DNA of 64,000 bases from the NCBI RefSeq assembly GCF_009834535.1, contig NC_045696.1, forward strand, positions 120,406,001 through 120,470,000, written 5' to 3'. The notes under the pieces are model-generated. The model ran no database searches. It saw only the letters and a program-made list of their open reading frames with translations, and was not told the DNA's origin. Position numbers and translations under genes: made by a program. How positions within the stretch are numbered: position 1 is the stretch's first letter; every line of letters starts with the position of its first letter. Shown here piece after piece: positions 38,788-53,384 of this stretch. The stretch is from Camelus ferus (taxonomy: Eukaryota).

Positions 38788-39400
38788 AGAGTCTTTTGTT
38801 TTATCAGAGTTAACCTTAGTAAATATTGATGCTTTTCTTGAATAATAGCCCTCTCCCATCTTCCGTGTTATTGTTGTTGAATATTTTCATTACACTTTAT
38901 TTGAAAACACCCCAGTTATTTCTTATTTTTCCCACAATCAGCACTTTTAAGGGATGGGAAAGGTATGTAAGGGGAAGTGCTTTTCAGTAAGGCATTGACC
39001 AAAAGTCTAAGGAGGACACAATACATAAACAGCTAAGCAAAGTGGGGATGCTGAAAATGCAAAGGGTGTGAAGTAGAACAAGCTTGTCCTATTCCAGATG
39101 AAGCAGGATGAGTGATGCTGGAGTCGGGGTGGGGAGAAGGAGATGAGGTCAGAGGATGAGTAGGACCCAGACCTTGTAGGGCCTTGATGGACATGGTAAG
39201 GAATCTTGAGTAGATGAAGGATCATGATCTCATTCTTTGTTTTAAAGTAAAGCATTCTGAAAGAATCTGTAGTGGGGCAAGAGTGAAAGCAGGGAGTCTA
39301 AAACAGAGGCTTTTGCTCATCAGCTGAGCTGATGGGGTCTTAAATTAGGGTGGGAATGAAAATGGTGTTGAGACATGGCTGGATCTGAGCTCTACTTTTT

Positions 39401-40195
39401 GTTTTATTGAAGTATAGTCAGTTTCTATGTGTCAACTTCTGGTGTACAGCACAATGTCCCAGTCATGCATATACATATATTCATTTGTATATTCTTTTTC
39501 ATTATAGGTTACTACAAGGTATTGAATGTAGTTCCCTGTGCTTTACAGAATAAATATGTTTTATCTGTTTTACATATAATAGTTAATATTTGCAGATCTC
39601 CAACTCCCAATTTATCCCTTCCCACCCCCACTCCCCCAGTAACCATAAGATCATTTACTATGTCTGTGAGTCTGTTTCTGTTTTGTAGATGAGTTCATTA
39701 GTGTCTTCTTTTTTCTTTTTTTAGATTCCACATGAGTGATACCACATGGTAGTTTTCTTTTTCTTTCTGGCTTACATCACTTAGTATGATAATCTCCAGG
39801 TCCATTCATATTGCTGCAAATGGCATTATTTTATCTTTTTATGCCTGAGTAGTAGTCCATTGTATAAATAATACCAGAACTTCTTTATCCAGTTATCTGT
39901 TGATGGACATTTAGATTGCTTCCATGTCTTGGCTATTGTAAGTAGTGTTATGAAATTGGAATACATGTATCTTTTCAAATTAGAGTTCCTTCTGGATATA
40001 TGCCCAGAAGTGGGATTGCTGGATCATATGGTATGTCTATTTTTAGTTTTTTAAGGAATCTCCATGTTGTTTTCCATAGTAGCTGCACCAAACTACATTC
40101 CCACCAACAGTGTAGGGGGGTTCCCTTTTTTCCCCAACCTATCCAGCATTTATTGTTTGTGGACTTTGAATGATGACCACTGGTGTGAGGTGAAA
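39401..40195 (-). mobile_element. 5'-truncated L1, 15-bp TSD, inserted in an L2 remnant
   Basis: TGAGCTCTACTTTTT at 39386-39400 and 40196-40210. Confidence 0.92.
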
Positions 40196-40669
40196 TGAGC
40201 TCTACTTTTTAAAATAAAAACACTCTTGCTTAGGGGTGTGGAAGAAAGGAATTTGTCCTAATTCCCATGGTTCTAGCCCAGGAGATTCTGTAGCAGTAGC
40301 ACTGTTTCCAGGGATGGTAGTCTAGCCAATGTGCATCATTCAACAGTTAATTGTTCTGTAATTACTGTATGTGTTGCAGCTCAACAGAGTGTAGGTTTTG
40401 TCCCTCAACATAGGCAAGCAGTTGGGGACACTCTGTTCACATTTGATAGATTAATTGATTGCACTTCTATCCATTAAACACTGTGTGACTTTTGGCAAGC
40501 ATCATAACCCTCTGACTCAGTCTTATCTGTAAAATGGGTCTAATATTCATTGATATTCATTGGGTCTTTGAGAGGATTGAGTGTAGCCCTTAGAGAGATG
40601 CCTAGCACAGAGTAAGAGGGCAGTAAGTATTAACTCTTCTGATTCATTCTGGGATTCCCCCCACAAGCT

Positions 40670-42285
40670 ATAGTCATTCAAACCATGGATCCATATATGT
40701 ATATATATGCTTATGACTATATAAGTATATTTTATATATTTTCTTCAGATTCTTTTCCATTATTTGTCATTACAAGATATTGAATATAGTTTCCTATGCT
40801 GTACAGTAGGACTTTGGTGTTTATTCTATATATAGTAGTGTGTATACATTAATCTCGAACTCCTAATTTATCCCTCCCACCCCTTTCCCCTTTGGTAACC
40901 ACAGTTTTGTTTTTTTTTTTAATTGAAGTATAGTCAGTTACAATGTGTCAATTTCTGGTGTTCAGCATAGTGTTTCAGTCATACATAAACATACATATAT
41001 TTGTCATCATATTCTTTTTCATTAAAAGTTACTAGAAGATACTTAATATAGTTCCTTGTGCTATACAGAAGAAATTTGTGGGGGGGGGTTTAATATAGTA
41101 GTTAATATTTGCAAATTACAAACTCCTACTTTATCCCTTCCTACCCCCTCTTCTTTTGTAACCAAAAGATTGTTTACGATGTCTGTGAGTCTGTTTTGTA
41201 GATGAGTTCATTGTGTTTTTTCTTTTTTTTTGGTTCCACATATGAGTAATACCATATGGTATTTTTCTTTCTCTTTATGGCTTACTCTACTTAGAATGAT
41301 CTCCAGGTTCATCCATGTTACTGCAAATGGCATTATTTCATTCTTTTTTTTTTTTTTGGTGGAGTAGTATTCCATTATACTCACACACACAACCCCCACA
41401 TCTTCCTTATCCAGTCGTCTGTTGATGGACATTTAGGTTGCTTCCATGTCTTGGCTATTGTAAATAGTGCTGCCATGAACATTGGGGTGCGTGTATCTTT
41501 TCAAATTAGAGTTCCCTCCAGATATATGCCCAGGAGTGGGATTGCTGGATCATAGGGTAACTCAATTCTTAGTTTTTTGAGGAATCTCCATACTGTCCTC
41601 CATAGTGGCTGCACCAAACTGCATTTCCACCATAGTTTGTTTTCTATGTCTGTGAGTATTTCTGGTTTTAAAAGTTCATTTGTATCATTTTTTTAGATTC
41701 CATGTGTAAGTGATACCATATTGTTATCTTTGACTTATTTCACTTAGTATGAAGATCTCCAGGTCAATCCATGTTGCTGCAAATGGCATTATTTTATTTT
41801 TTATGGTAGAGTAGTATTCCATTGTATAAATACCACAACTTCTTTATCCAGTCATCTGTCAGTGGACATTTAGGTTACTTCCATGTCTTAACTATTGTAA
41901 ATAGTCCTGCTATGAACATTGGGGTGCATGTATTTTTCTGAATTGGAGTTTTCTCCAGGTATATGCCTGGGGTTAGGATTCTTGGGTCATAGGGTGAATC
42001 TATTTTTAGTTTTTTAAGGAACCTCCACACTGTTTTCCATAGTGGCTGCATCAAACTACATTCCCACCTGCAGTGTAGGAGGGTTCCCTTTTCTCCACAC
42101 CCTCTCCAGCATTTATTCTTTGTAGACTTATTGATGATGGCCGTTCTGACTGGTGTGATATGATACCTCATTGTGGTTTCAATTTGTATTTCTCTAATTA
42201 TTTAGTGATGTTGAGTTTATTTTCATGTGCCTGTTGGCCATCTGCATGTCTTCTTCAGAGAAATGTCTATTTAGGTCTTCTGCCA
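40670..42285 (-). mobile_element. L1 3' fragment with a second L1 (~40905-41628) nested in its 3'UTR
   Basis: 3'UTR motifs occur twice. cca(c/t)agttt(t)gtttt flanks the inner copy. Minus ORF 41875-42171 is the ORF2 C-terminus. Confidence 0.88.
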
Positions 42286-45269
42286 AACGAAGGCTCTTAG
42301 GAGTTACCCTTTATTTTGTTTGTTCAGTGTGAGGTTGGAATATTTTTCAGAGGCACCCAACATTTTTCAGAGCTGATAGGGAAAATCCATGCCAATTTGA
42401 GAATGCTGCTCTGTGTCTGAATCTCTTTAGTTACCTCTTGATTTTTCTAAACCTGAAACTTGCAAGGTCAACAATGAGTAGATGTTTAACTGCTAGGATG
42501 CTAAACAGGACCAGTTAGGTTTAACTCCAACCTCCTGCCACCCTAAGCCGTGGATGCTTTTGATTTAGCTGCAAGGATTAAAAATATTTTATCAGTGACC
42601 CAATGTGTTTCATTAGCTCTCTGGTCCTTCTGGTATTGCTGGACAGACCTCAGACCAGCTGACGTCATTGCTGGCCTCTGAACTGTGTCAGTATGGCTGC
42701 TCTGTTGTAACTTCAGCCAAAGAGGGAAAAACAGCAACTTGGAGATGCAGACCTCCATTCAGACCTGATGGAACCAGCTGTAAACAGCAGAGATTCACAG
42801 CAGTTGATCCTAATTCATTGAGAAGGGAGATAATTTACAGAAACAGTTTTCAGCAAAAAAAAAAAAAAAAGAAAAAGAAAAAGTCATTACAAACAGATGA
42901 TACATTCTAACACAGGAGATGACATTCGTTCATCCTCAGAGAACCGGATAGTTCCAGGCTGTGCCGCATGGAAAGCGTTTGGATGTAGTGGAAGAAGCCC
43001 GGGGCTCATGCCCGGAGGCTAGCTGGGAGCTGGGGGTGCTTAACCTCGCTCACCCTCAGATGTCTCCTTTGTAAAATGGGAACCCTAATTCCTGTTTTCC
43101 TCACAGAGATGCTCTCAGGGCCCAGGAAGGTAATGGCTACCACAGGGCTTGGAAAGGGGGCAAAGGGTTTACTTCCGCAGATGTTTTTACCTGTATGAGC
43201 CTATACAAGTGTTAAGGTTTGAAAATGTGGGTGGGAACGACTTGAGGAGAGGAAGTAAATAGAGTTCCCTTCCAGGGCACCCCTTAGCAAGTGGTTTTCC
43301 TAGACTGCTGTACCTACAAGCTGTCCCACTGTAAAGATGGCAATTAAAAGCAAAAAGAATAACAGCTGACATTTATTTAAAATCTACAGCAAAGCGAACG
43401 CTCTGCCAACTCCTTTACATCAATTCATTTAACCCCCGCAGCCGTTCCCTGGAGTGGGTGTGGCCACTGACACCATTTTATGTCTGAGAAATAGGTTCAG
43501 AGGGGTTAAGTTACTTGTCTGTCATGAGTCAGTGGGCCACATGAGCAGGATTTTAATCCTGATTTAAGTCTGATGCCAGAACCTGTGAGTTGAACCACTA
43601 GGCTACGCAGCCTGCAGCTGAATGGCAGTGTAATCAGAGCGTGCCCTCAGTGTTGGGAACTGCAAGGCATTCTTCATGGAGCGAGCCCCCCTGTGCTCGG
43701 GCATTTGTTCGGCCCCCTCCTACTAAGCCCTGCCACATCCTCTCCTGTCCCCGCTGTTTCATGGTGCCCCACCATCACAGGTGTTGGCGGCTGCATTGGT
43801 TTGAGTGACACTTGCTGCTGTAGCAAATATACCCCAAAATGTATCCACAAAAACACAGTGATAAGTGTGCTCTGCTTCCAAAGTTATTTAATTTTCTCAA
43901 TGTTTGAGTGTTATTTTTGTGTGTGTGTTGATACAGAATTGGGAAAAAATATAAATATTCTTAAGCATTTGCTGGATCATTTTTCGACAAAACTTGTTTG
44001 TATAATGTAAAACACTCTCTGAAGGGCTGTTTTTTCTTTTTTTTTTGGTTTTCATACCTAAATCACATTTTGTAATACTGGGGACCATTCATAATTGTCA
44101 GATATTTTTAAAAATTATTACCTAAATACATCACTTTTATTAAAAAAAGGTTTTTCTGAAAGGAAAGATACATGTGTCCCCAGATGTTTGTATAACTCTA
44201 GAATGATCTAGACTATGTATATTTAACTTTTATTGAATACACAGGTGTCCATTTTGACATTTACACGCAGTCCTTTTATATCACATGAAGTTTGATTTGC
44301 AAACATTTCTGTAGCCGAACTTGTATATGTGGTTGCCTCCTTAATAAACAACCTGACCATTAAAAACCAAAAAATCATCACTGTTACTGATGTAACAGAA
44401 GTAGGTGGATGCGTGCATTCATGGCACAGGACCTCTCCACGTGGCCATTCTGCCCCCAGGCTGAGAGTAGCTCTGCCATCTTTAATTTTTGGCTTTGGGG
44501 TTGTCTCCATTCCAGCCAGGAAAGGATGGGGGAGCACCCTGTGAGAGGCATAAGGCCTGGAAGTGGGTGACATCAATTCTGCTGGCCCAGTGGCCACTTA
44601 GCCACTGCAAGTGGGTCTGGGACATGCAGTCCCCAGCTGACACCCACGGCTCAGTGACACCCTTCCAATGCAGAGAGGACGCACAGATCAGATTTTGGGT
44701 GCGCATAGACGGTTTATCTTTGGTGAAAGTTTGTTTATTCGAGTGCCTTCAATTGGGTCCTGCAGGATGCCGGACAGAGTTATAAACTTGGGGAAAGTTT
44801 TTGGCCGAAATGTGTTCTTGCTTTCCTGTTTCCCATTCCACTAACACAAAACGTGGCACAGATGACAGTCTCGGGGGGACAAATTTCTCCCTGTAACTGT
44901 TCTATACCTCCCCGCAACACGTCACTGGACTCAGCTTAATTGCTGTTTTCTTTTCCTTTCCTATAACTTATTTAACTTTAAAAATTGGTTATTCTTTATC
45001 TATACATTTATTGGATCTCAGGGACGCAGAATTGGATTAATTCTAACCTTTAGCTCATTACACACATTCATCCGTGAGTCTTTGCAAGACTTTGTTTATT
45101 TGCTTGCTTATTAATACTGTAACAAACCTATGAAACTCCACCATATGAAAACTGGAATATTAACAAAATCTTGTATCTACAATGAGTTCCCTGTCGATTC
45201 ATTCCCCTGCCTCCCATATCCTGTGTAACGACTATCCTGATCTTGTGTTTATAATTGGTTTGCTTTTTT

Positions 45270-47830
45270 TTTTTTTAAATAGACTCTGTTTTTTTTTATA
45301 GCAGTTTTAGATTCACAGCAAAATTGAGCAGAAGGTACAGAGATTTCTCACATGCCTCCCATCCCCACACATTAGTAGTCTCTCCCACCATCAGCAGTCC
45401 CCATCAGAATGGTACACTGGTTCCAGTGGACTAATCTACAACGACACATTATTACCACAGTCCGGAGTTTACATTGTGGTTCACTCTTGGTGTTGTACGC
45501 TCTTTGGATTTGGATAAATTTATAATGACGTGTATATACCATTATAAGATCATAGAATAATTTTGCTGCCCTAAAAATCATCTCTGCTCTCCCTGTTCAT
45601 TCCTTCTTCCCCACCGCCCCCGTCAGCAACCACTGATCTTTTTACTGTCTTCATAGTTTTGCCTTTTCCAGAATGTCCTACAGTTGGGATCATACAGTAC
45701 GTACCCATTTCATAATGGCTTTATTTACTTAGTAATGTGTATCTGAGGTTCCTTTGTCTTTTCATGGCTTGACAGCTCATTCCTTTTTAGTGTTGAATAA
45801 TATTCCCCTATCTTGGATGTCCCGCAGTTTATTTATCCATTCACCCGCTAAAGGTCTTCTTGGTTGCTTTCCAGGTTTTGACAATTATGGATAAAGCTGC
45901 TATAAACATCCCTTTGCAGATTTCTGTGTGGACATACGTTTTCAACTCCTTTAGGGCATATAGCAAGGAACAGGATTGCTGGATTGTTTGGTGAGGGTAT
46001 GTTTAGTTTTGTCAGAAACCACCAAGCTGTCTTCCAAAGTGATGGCCATTTTGCATTCCCACTAACAACTTGAGAGAGTTCCTGTTGCCCTACGCCCTCA
46101 CCAGCGTTTGGTGGTGTCAGTGTTTTGGATTTTGGTCATTCTAATAAACGGGTAATCTAGTTATTTTCATTAGCAATTCCCTGATGATAACGTGATGTGG
46201 AGGATCTTTTCATATGCTTTTGTCTTCTGTAAATCTTCCTTGAGGTGTCTGTGAAGGTCTTTGGCCCATTTTTAAATTCAGTTGTTTGTACCCTTATTGT
46301 TGAGTTTTAGGAGTTCTTCGCATATTTAGGATAACAGTCCTTTACCAGATGTACCTTTTGCAAAAATTTTCTACCAGTCTCCGTCTTGTCTTCTCATTCT
46401 CTTGACATTGCTTTCACAGATAAGAAGTTTTCAATTTTAATGAAATCTAGCTTCTCCATTAATTCTTTCATGAGTTGTACTTTCGGTGTTGCCAAATCCA
46501 AGGTCATCTAGATTTTATTCTGTTACCTTCTAGTGTTTTATAGTTTTGTGTTTATATTTAGGTTTGTGATTCATTTTGAGTTACTTTTTGTGAAGGGTAA
46601 AAGGTCTGTGTCTGGATTTTTTTTCCTTTTTCTTTTCTTTCTTTCTTTCTTTCTTCTTTGTGTGTGTGTGTGTGAGAGAGAATGTCCAGTTGTTCCAGCA
46701 CCATTTATTAAAAAGATGTTCTGTTCTCCATTGTATGACTTCTGATTCTTAAAGATCAGTTAACAGTATTTACGTGGGTCTGTTTCTGGGCTCTCTGCTC
46801 TGTTTCGTTGATCTGTGTGTATTTCCACAATTACGAGCAGACCTTGTTATATTGTGCTTTACTCGATTGAGATTCTGCACTTTTCACAAATGGGAGGTTT
46901 GTGGCAGCCCTGCACGAGGTGAGTCTATCAGCCATTTTTCCAACAGCATTTGCTCGCTTCGTCCCTCTGCGACACATTTTGATGATTCTCACAGTATTTC
47001 AAGCCCTCCATCAACAAAAAGATTACAATACCCTGAAGGCTCAGATGATGGTTAGCATTTTTTAGCAATAAAGTGGTTTTTTAAATTAAGGTATGTACAT
47101 TGCTTTTTTTAGACATAATATTACTGCACACTTAGACTACAGTCTAGCGTAAACATTACTTTTATATGCACTAGGAAACCAAAAAATGTATGTGACTTGT
47201 GTTACTGAGATACTTGCTTTATTGTAGTGGTCTGGAACCGAGCCCACAGTATCTCTGAGGTGTGCCTATACCACATCGTCTTGATTACTGTAACTTTATA
47301 GTAAGTATAGTCTTGAAGTCGGATGGTGTCAATCATCTAACTTTCTTCAGTATGGCATTGACTGTTCCACCTTTGTCTCCGTATAAACTTTAGAATCGGT
47401 TTGTCAATAACAACAAAATAACTTGCTAAGATTTTGATTGGGATTGTGTTGAGTTTATAGATCAAATTAGGAAAAACTGAAATCTTGACAATACTGAGTC
47501 TTCCTTCCATGAACATGAAACACTTCTCCATTTATTTAGTTCTTCTCTGGTTTCTTTCATCAGAGTTTCGTCATTTTCCTCATAAAGATCTTGTATATAT
47601 TTTGTTAGATTTATTATTTAATTTGAGGGGAAGCTAATGTAAATGACGCTGTGTTTTTAATTTCAAATTTCACCGGTTCATTGCTGGTATATAGGAAAGT
47701 GGTTGACTTTTCTATATTTACCTTGTATCTTGCAACTTTGCCATAATCGCTTATAGTTTCAGGAGCGTTTTATTCTTTCAGATTTTCTACATAGATTATG
47801 ATGTCATGTCTGAACAAAGAAAGTTGATTT
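45270..47830 (-). mobile_element. Older L1M-type element interrupted by a Tigger1 derivative
   Basis: Minus ORF 47337-47531 (GRLSIVKISVFPNLIYKLNTIPIKI) is L1 ORF2. The 3' end matches 22690-23210. Confidence 0.85.
46833..47268 (+). mobile_element. Internally deleted non-autonomous Tigger1 derivative
   Basis: Tigger1 motifs (ggaggtttgtggcagccctgca; ctgaaggctcagatgatggttagca) and the right terminal repeat atctctgaggtgtgcct followed by TA. Confidence 0.85.
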
Positions 47831-47869
47831 CTTCCTTCCCAATATTTGTTTTTTCTTTTGTTTTCTTTT

Positions 47870-48803
47870 TTTAGTTTTTAAAATTTTTAAAAGATAATAC
47901 CTGTTTATCCATCCCAACCCCTACCCCCACCTCTCATAACCATCAATGTTTCTCTGCATCTATGAGATTGATTGTTTTTTGTTTTGTGGGGTTTTTGGGG
48001 GGTTTATTTGGGTTTTTTTAGATTATACATATAAGAGAGATCATACAGTATTTGTCTTTCTCTGTCTGACTTATTTCACTTAGTGTAATGCCCTCAAAGC
48101 CCATTCATCTTGTTGCTGCAAATGGCAAGATTTCATTCTTTTTCATGATGGAATAATGTTCTGTTGTATATATTTTTGTGTGTGTGTGTGTGTAGATACA
48201 CACATATATACACACCACAATTTCCTTATTTACCCACCAATGGACGCTTAGGTTGCTTCAATATCTTGGCTATTGTAAACAGTGCTACAGTGTACCCAAG
48301 GGTGCATGTATTTCTTCAAGTTAATGTTTTCATTTTCTTTAGATAAATACCCAAGTGGAATTGCTGGATCAAATGGTAGTTCTATGTTTAATTTTTTGAG
48401 GAACTTCCATACTGTTTTCCACAGTGGCTGCGCCAATTTACATTCCCACCAGCAGCGCACGAGGGTTCCCTTTTCTCTGCAACATCTGTCATTTGTTGTC
48501 ATTTTTATCATAGCCACTCTGACAGGCGGGAGATGATCTCACTGATGCTTTGATTTGTATTTCCCTGATGGACAGTACTGTTGGGCATCTTTTCACATGC
48601 CTGTTGGCCATTTGTATGTCTTCTTTGAGAAAATATCTATTCAGATCTTTTGACCGTTTTTTTCATTGAGTCACTTGCTATTGAGGTTTGCTATTGAGCA
48701 GCACGAGACTTTATACATTTTGGATATTAACCTCTTATCAAATAAAAGATTTGCAAATATTTTCTCCCATTCAGGAAGTTGCATTTTTATTTTGTTGATG
48801 GTT
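47870..48803 (-). mobile_element. L1 3' fragment
   Basis: Minus ORF 48248-48517 ([23 protein letters not shown]). Confidence 0.88.
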
Positions 48804-50089
48804 CTTAAACACATCACCTTACCTATATGTGCAAGAACTTCTCTGGAAGTAGAACTGCCAGGTCATAGGGCATAAAGCACGTTCAGTGTTACGAGGTAAT
48901 GCCAAACTGTCTTCCAAAGTGGTAGTACCGATTTACCCTTCCACCGACAGGGTGGGTGCGGTCCTGCGTATCCACATCCTCTCCAATACTCGATTTCATC
49001 AGACTTTTTAATTTTTGCCAGTTGTAAAATGATACTTCAATGAGCTCTTGGTTTGTATTTCCCTGAGCACAAGTGAGTTTGAGTATTTCTTCACACAGTT
49101 AGTGCCCATATGTTTTTTAATTCTATGTTTTCCATTCATGCTTTTTCCCCCATTTTCTTTTGGGTTATTTATTCCTAGAAATTCTAGGAACGTTGATATG
49201 TTTTTGATACCCATCCTCTGTCAGTATTGTGACTATCTTTTTCCAGTATGTCTTTCCATTTTCTTTTAGATGTCTTTGAAGTTCTCATTCTAATATAATA
49301 CAATTTATTAATTTGGAAGGTGTGGGTACTTTCTGTGTCCTGTTTAAGGAATCTTCTCTAACCCTAACCAAGGTCAAAAATATATCCACTGATGATTTTT
49401 ATGCAATATTTTAAAATTTTGCTTTAAACATTTAAGAGCCTTACCCATGTGTACAGTGTGAAGGAGAGATACAACTTCACCTGTTTCCAGGTAAACAGCC
49501 ATTCCCCTCCCATCCCACTGGTCTACAAGGCAACTATACATGGGCATCTCTGGGCAGTCTATTCCATGCCTTTGGGGTATTGTCCTTCAGTAAAGTTCTG
49601 TAAATTTTGCTATCAGTCTTTTACACTTTAAAATTTTTTTGGTGTTTGATATGTTGATGGTATGTCAACCTGACTCTTCTAAAAAGACCATTGTTTTCTA
49701 GTTGCTTATTGCATATTTATTGAAATGCAATTGACTTTTACATCTTGATGTTACACAAAGACATCTTGAATACTTGTTGTATTTAATAATTTGTCTACAG
49801 ATGTAGACAGTCATGTCACTTGCAAACAGTGACAATTTTATTTGTTCTTACTCTTCTTTCAATCCTTGTGGCTTTAATTTTTCCAGAACCTTGGAGTGAA
49901 AGAGGGCCACCTTTTCTAGTTCCTCATTTTAAACAGAGAAGAGAGTACTCCTAGTATTTCCCCACTAGGATGATTTATATATTGCAGATTTTTAAAATGT
50001 ATCCTTTACCAGGTTAAGTAAGTTTCCTTCTACTCCTCATTTGCTAAGTTTTTCTTTTTTAATTATGAATTGATGGGTGGTTTCTTTTC

Positions 50090-51332
50090 ATATTTTTTTA
50101 ACATTTTTTACTGATTTATAATAATTTTACAATGTTGCATCAAATTCCAGTGTAGAGCACAATTTTTCAGTTATACATGAACATATATATATTCATTGTC
50201 ACACATTTTCTCCTCTGTGAGCTACCATAAGATCTTGTATATATTTCCCTGTGCTATACAGTGTAATCTTGTTTATCTATTCTACATTTTGAAATCCCAG
50301 TCTATCCCTTCCCATCCCCCACCCCCTTGGCAACCACAAGTTTGTATTCTATGTCTATGAGTCTGTTTTGATTTTGTATTCATATTTTTAGTTTGTCTCC
50401 TTTAATCTGTTGATGTGGTAAGTAATATTTATGTGCTTTCTAATTTTTAGACCATATTTATTCCTTTTTAAAAACTAAAGCAATTCTTCAATATTATATT
50501 TTTTATTTTTATTGTTACATGATTTTTGAGGGTTACTTTCCATTTACAGTTATTATAAAATATTGGCTGTATTCCTCATGTTGTACAGTACATCCTGGGG
50601 CCTATCTCATACCCAATACTTTGTACCTCCCACTCCCCCACCCTTATATTGCCCCTCTCCCCTCACTGGTAACCATAAGTTTGTTCTCTTTATCTGTGAG
50701 TCTGCTTTTTTTTGTTACAGTCACTAGTTTGTTGTATTTTTTAGATTCAACAAATAAGCGCTATCATACAGTATTTGTCTTTATCTGACTTATTTCCCTT
50801 AGCATAATGTCCTTCAAGTCCAACCATGTTGCTGCAAATGGCTTCTTTCATCCTTTTTAATGGCTGAGTAGTATTCTATTGTATAAATATACCACATCTT
50901 CTTTATCCAATCACCTGTTGATGGACATTTAGGTTGTTTCCATGTCTTGGCTGTTGTAAATGGTGCAAATGAACACTGGGGTGCATCTGTCCTTTTGAAT
51001 TACTGTTTTTGTTTTTTTCAAATATAGATCCAGGAGTGGGATTGCTGGGTCATATGATAGTTCTATCATTAGACTTTTGAGAAACCTCCCTACTGTTTTC
51101 CACGGTGGTTGCACCAAACTACATTCCCACCAACAGTACACAAGGGTTCCCTTTTCTCCACACCCTCTCCACTTGTTATTTGTGTTCTCTTTCATCATGG
51201 CCATTCTGAGAGGTGTGAGGTGACATCTCATTGTGGCTTCGGTTTGCATTTCCCTGCTAATGAGTGATGCTATGCATCTTTTTACGTGCCTATTGGCCAT
51301 CTGCATTTCCTATTTGGAAAAATGTCTTTTCC
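50090..51332 (-). mobile_element. Two L1 3' fragments (~50090-50390 and ~50500-51332) within older L1 sequence
   Basis: L1 3'UTR motifs. Minus ORF 50929-51306 is the ORF2 C-terminus. Confidence 0.85.
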
Positions 51333-51549
51333 AAGTTTAAAACACCCTTGCATACTGGAGATAAACCCAATCTGATAATGGTGTACTATCTTCCTTATAT
51401 CCTGAATGAGTCGATTTGCTAATGTTTTATTTAGGATGTTTTTACATGTATATTCATGAGTAAAATGGGCCTTTCATTTTCCTTTCTCACACAGCCCTTA
51501 GCTGGTTTGCATTTCAAGATGATACTGGCTCCATAGAAATAAAAGTGCT

Positions 51550-51683
51550 GGGGTGAGGGTGTAGCTCAGTGGTAGAGTGCGTGCCTAGCATGCACGAGGT
51601 CCTCCGTTCAATCCCCAGTGTCTCTGTTAAAGGTAAATGAAAACCTAATTGCCTCTTCCCCCAAAAAAATCTTTAAAAAAAAA
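51550..51683 (+). mobile_element. tRNA-Ala-derived SINE (Vic-1-like)
   Basis: GGGTGTAGCTCAGTGGTAGAGTGCGTGCCTAGCATGCACGAGGTCC head. TSD-like aataaaag(t/g)gct on both sides. Confidence 0.88.
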
Positions 51684-52860
51684 GGAATAAAAGGGCTAAT
51701 ACTCATCTTTTTTTAGTCTGTGAAATAATTGGTAAAAATTTCAGTTGATCTGTTTCTTAAAAGCTTGATAGAACTTGGCAATAAAGCCATTTGGACCTCG
51801 GGCTTTCTTCCTGGGAACATTTTAAACTCCTGTTTTGATGTTTTAAAAAGTCTTTGCCTTATTACTAAAGTTGTGTCTCCTTTTTCTTTTATACACGTAC
51901 CTTTTGTGTCTTCTGTCTCCCTCATTTTTTTTTCCCTCAGTCTATTGTGAGGTTGGTGTTTTTCAAACTTAATTTTCTTCATCTTTGTTTTTTACTTTGC
52001 TGATTTCTGCTGAGATTTTTAGTACTTTAAAGTATCTCTAAAGTACTTTGGAATTCTGTAACTTTTTCTAATTTCTTAGCTGGGCACTTCATTCCTAGTG
52101 AGTCTCAACGCCTTGTTGCAAGTTGACTGTCCAGCCTGTACCCTTTCTGCTGAGCCAACCTCACAACAGACAGCCTCTTTCCGTGGTTCCAGAAAATGCA
52201 TTTAGGGGAAAGTGTGACACAAACAGTCAACCGATGACATTTGCTTGGCCCACGCTTGCTCTTGGGTTTGGTTTTGTTCACCGGCGTTGACTCAGTGTTG
52301 ATTTGTTCCTGTTGTGTGCCAGGGATTTATCCCGCACCGTCTCAACATGAACTTAACTCTCACCTCGAATATGTTTTCTTCCTACTTTTTGACTTCCGAG
52401 AAGGGAGAATGGGAAATAGTGAAAAGATCAGGGGTTAAATAACCAACTGTCTATCTCGAACTTAGTGGCGCAGACCCTGTGTTATTTCTTACAATACAAA
52501 AGCTGACAAGATTCTTGTTTCTGCAGAAAAATTAAATTGGTGCTTAGAAATGATGACTCTTGCATGCTCGTTTTGAAGGGAAAAAATGGCATTTCTCTTC
52601 ATTCTGCTGAAGTCTCTTTTGTATCCCTTCTAGGCTTTTAATATTTTTTCAAAGACATGTCCTAGATTATGAATTAGCTCATTTGGGGCAGAGGTCTTCC
52701 TGCAACCCCTGGTTCTTAGTAGCCTCAGGAGAGGTGTTGCATAAGTTCTAAATGTTATGGGTTTGAAGCCAAGGATTGGGTGGCTGTGTAACTTTTGCAG
52801 CTGTAGTTCAAATTAGAAACATTGTACCTTCTGGACAGAAAGTTTACAGAGATCCAGATT

Positions 52861-53384
52861 GTCTTCACTCTCTTTTTTTAAACTGAGTTATTATTAACTT
52901 GCAACATTATGTCAGTTTCAGGTGTACGGCAGTGATGTGATATTTTTATGTATTATGAAATGATTGCCTCTGCTAAGACCAGTTATCATCCATCACCATA
53001 CAAAGTTGTTCTATACTGATTATACTCCCTCTGTGTATATTACATCTCTGTGACATTTATTCGATAACTGGAAGTTTGTACCTCTTAATCCCCTTCACCT
53101 TTTTCATTCATCCCCCACCCCACAGCTCCCTGCTGGCAACAACCAGTTTGCTCTCTGTCTTTAAGGATCTGTTTCTGTTTTCATTGTTCATTTGTTTGGT
53201 TGATTAGATTCCATGTATAAGTGAAATCAGACAATATTTGTTGTTCTCTGTCTGACTTATCCATAGATGAATGGATAAAGAAGTTGTGGCATATATATAC
53301 ACAATGGAATACTACTCAGCCATAGAAAAGAATGAAATCTTATCACTTGCAACGTCATAGATAGATCTTGAGGGTATTAGGCTA
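52861..53384 (-). mobile_element. 5'-inverted L1 insertion, 13-bp TSD
   Basis: AGAGATCCAGATT at 52848-52860 and 53385-53397. Strand flips at ~53260. Confidence 0.85.
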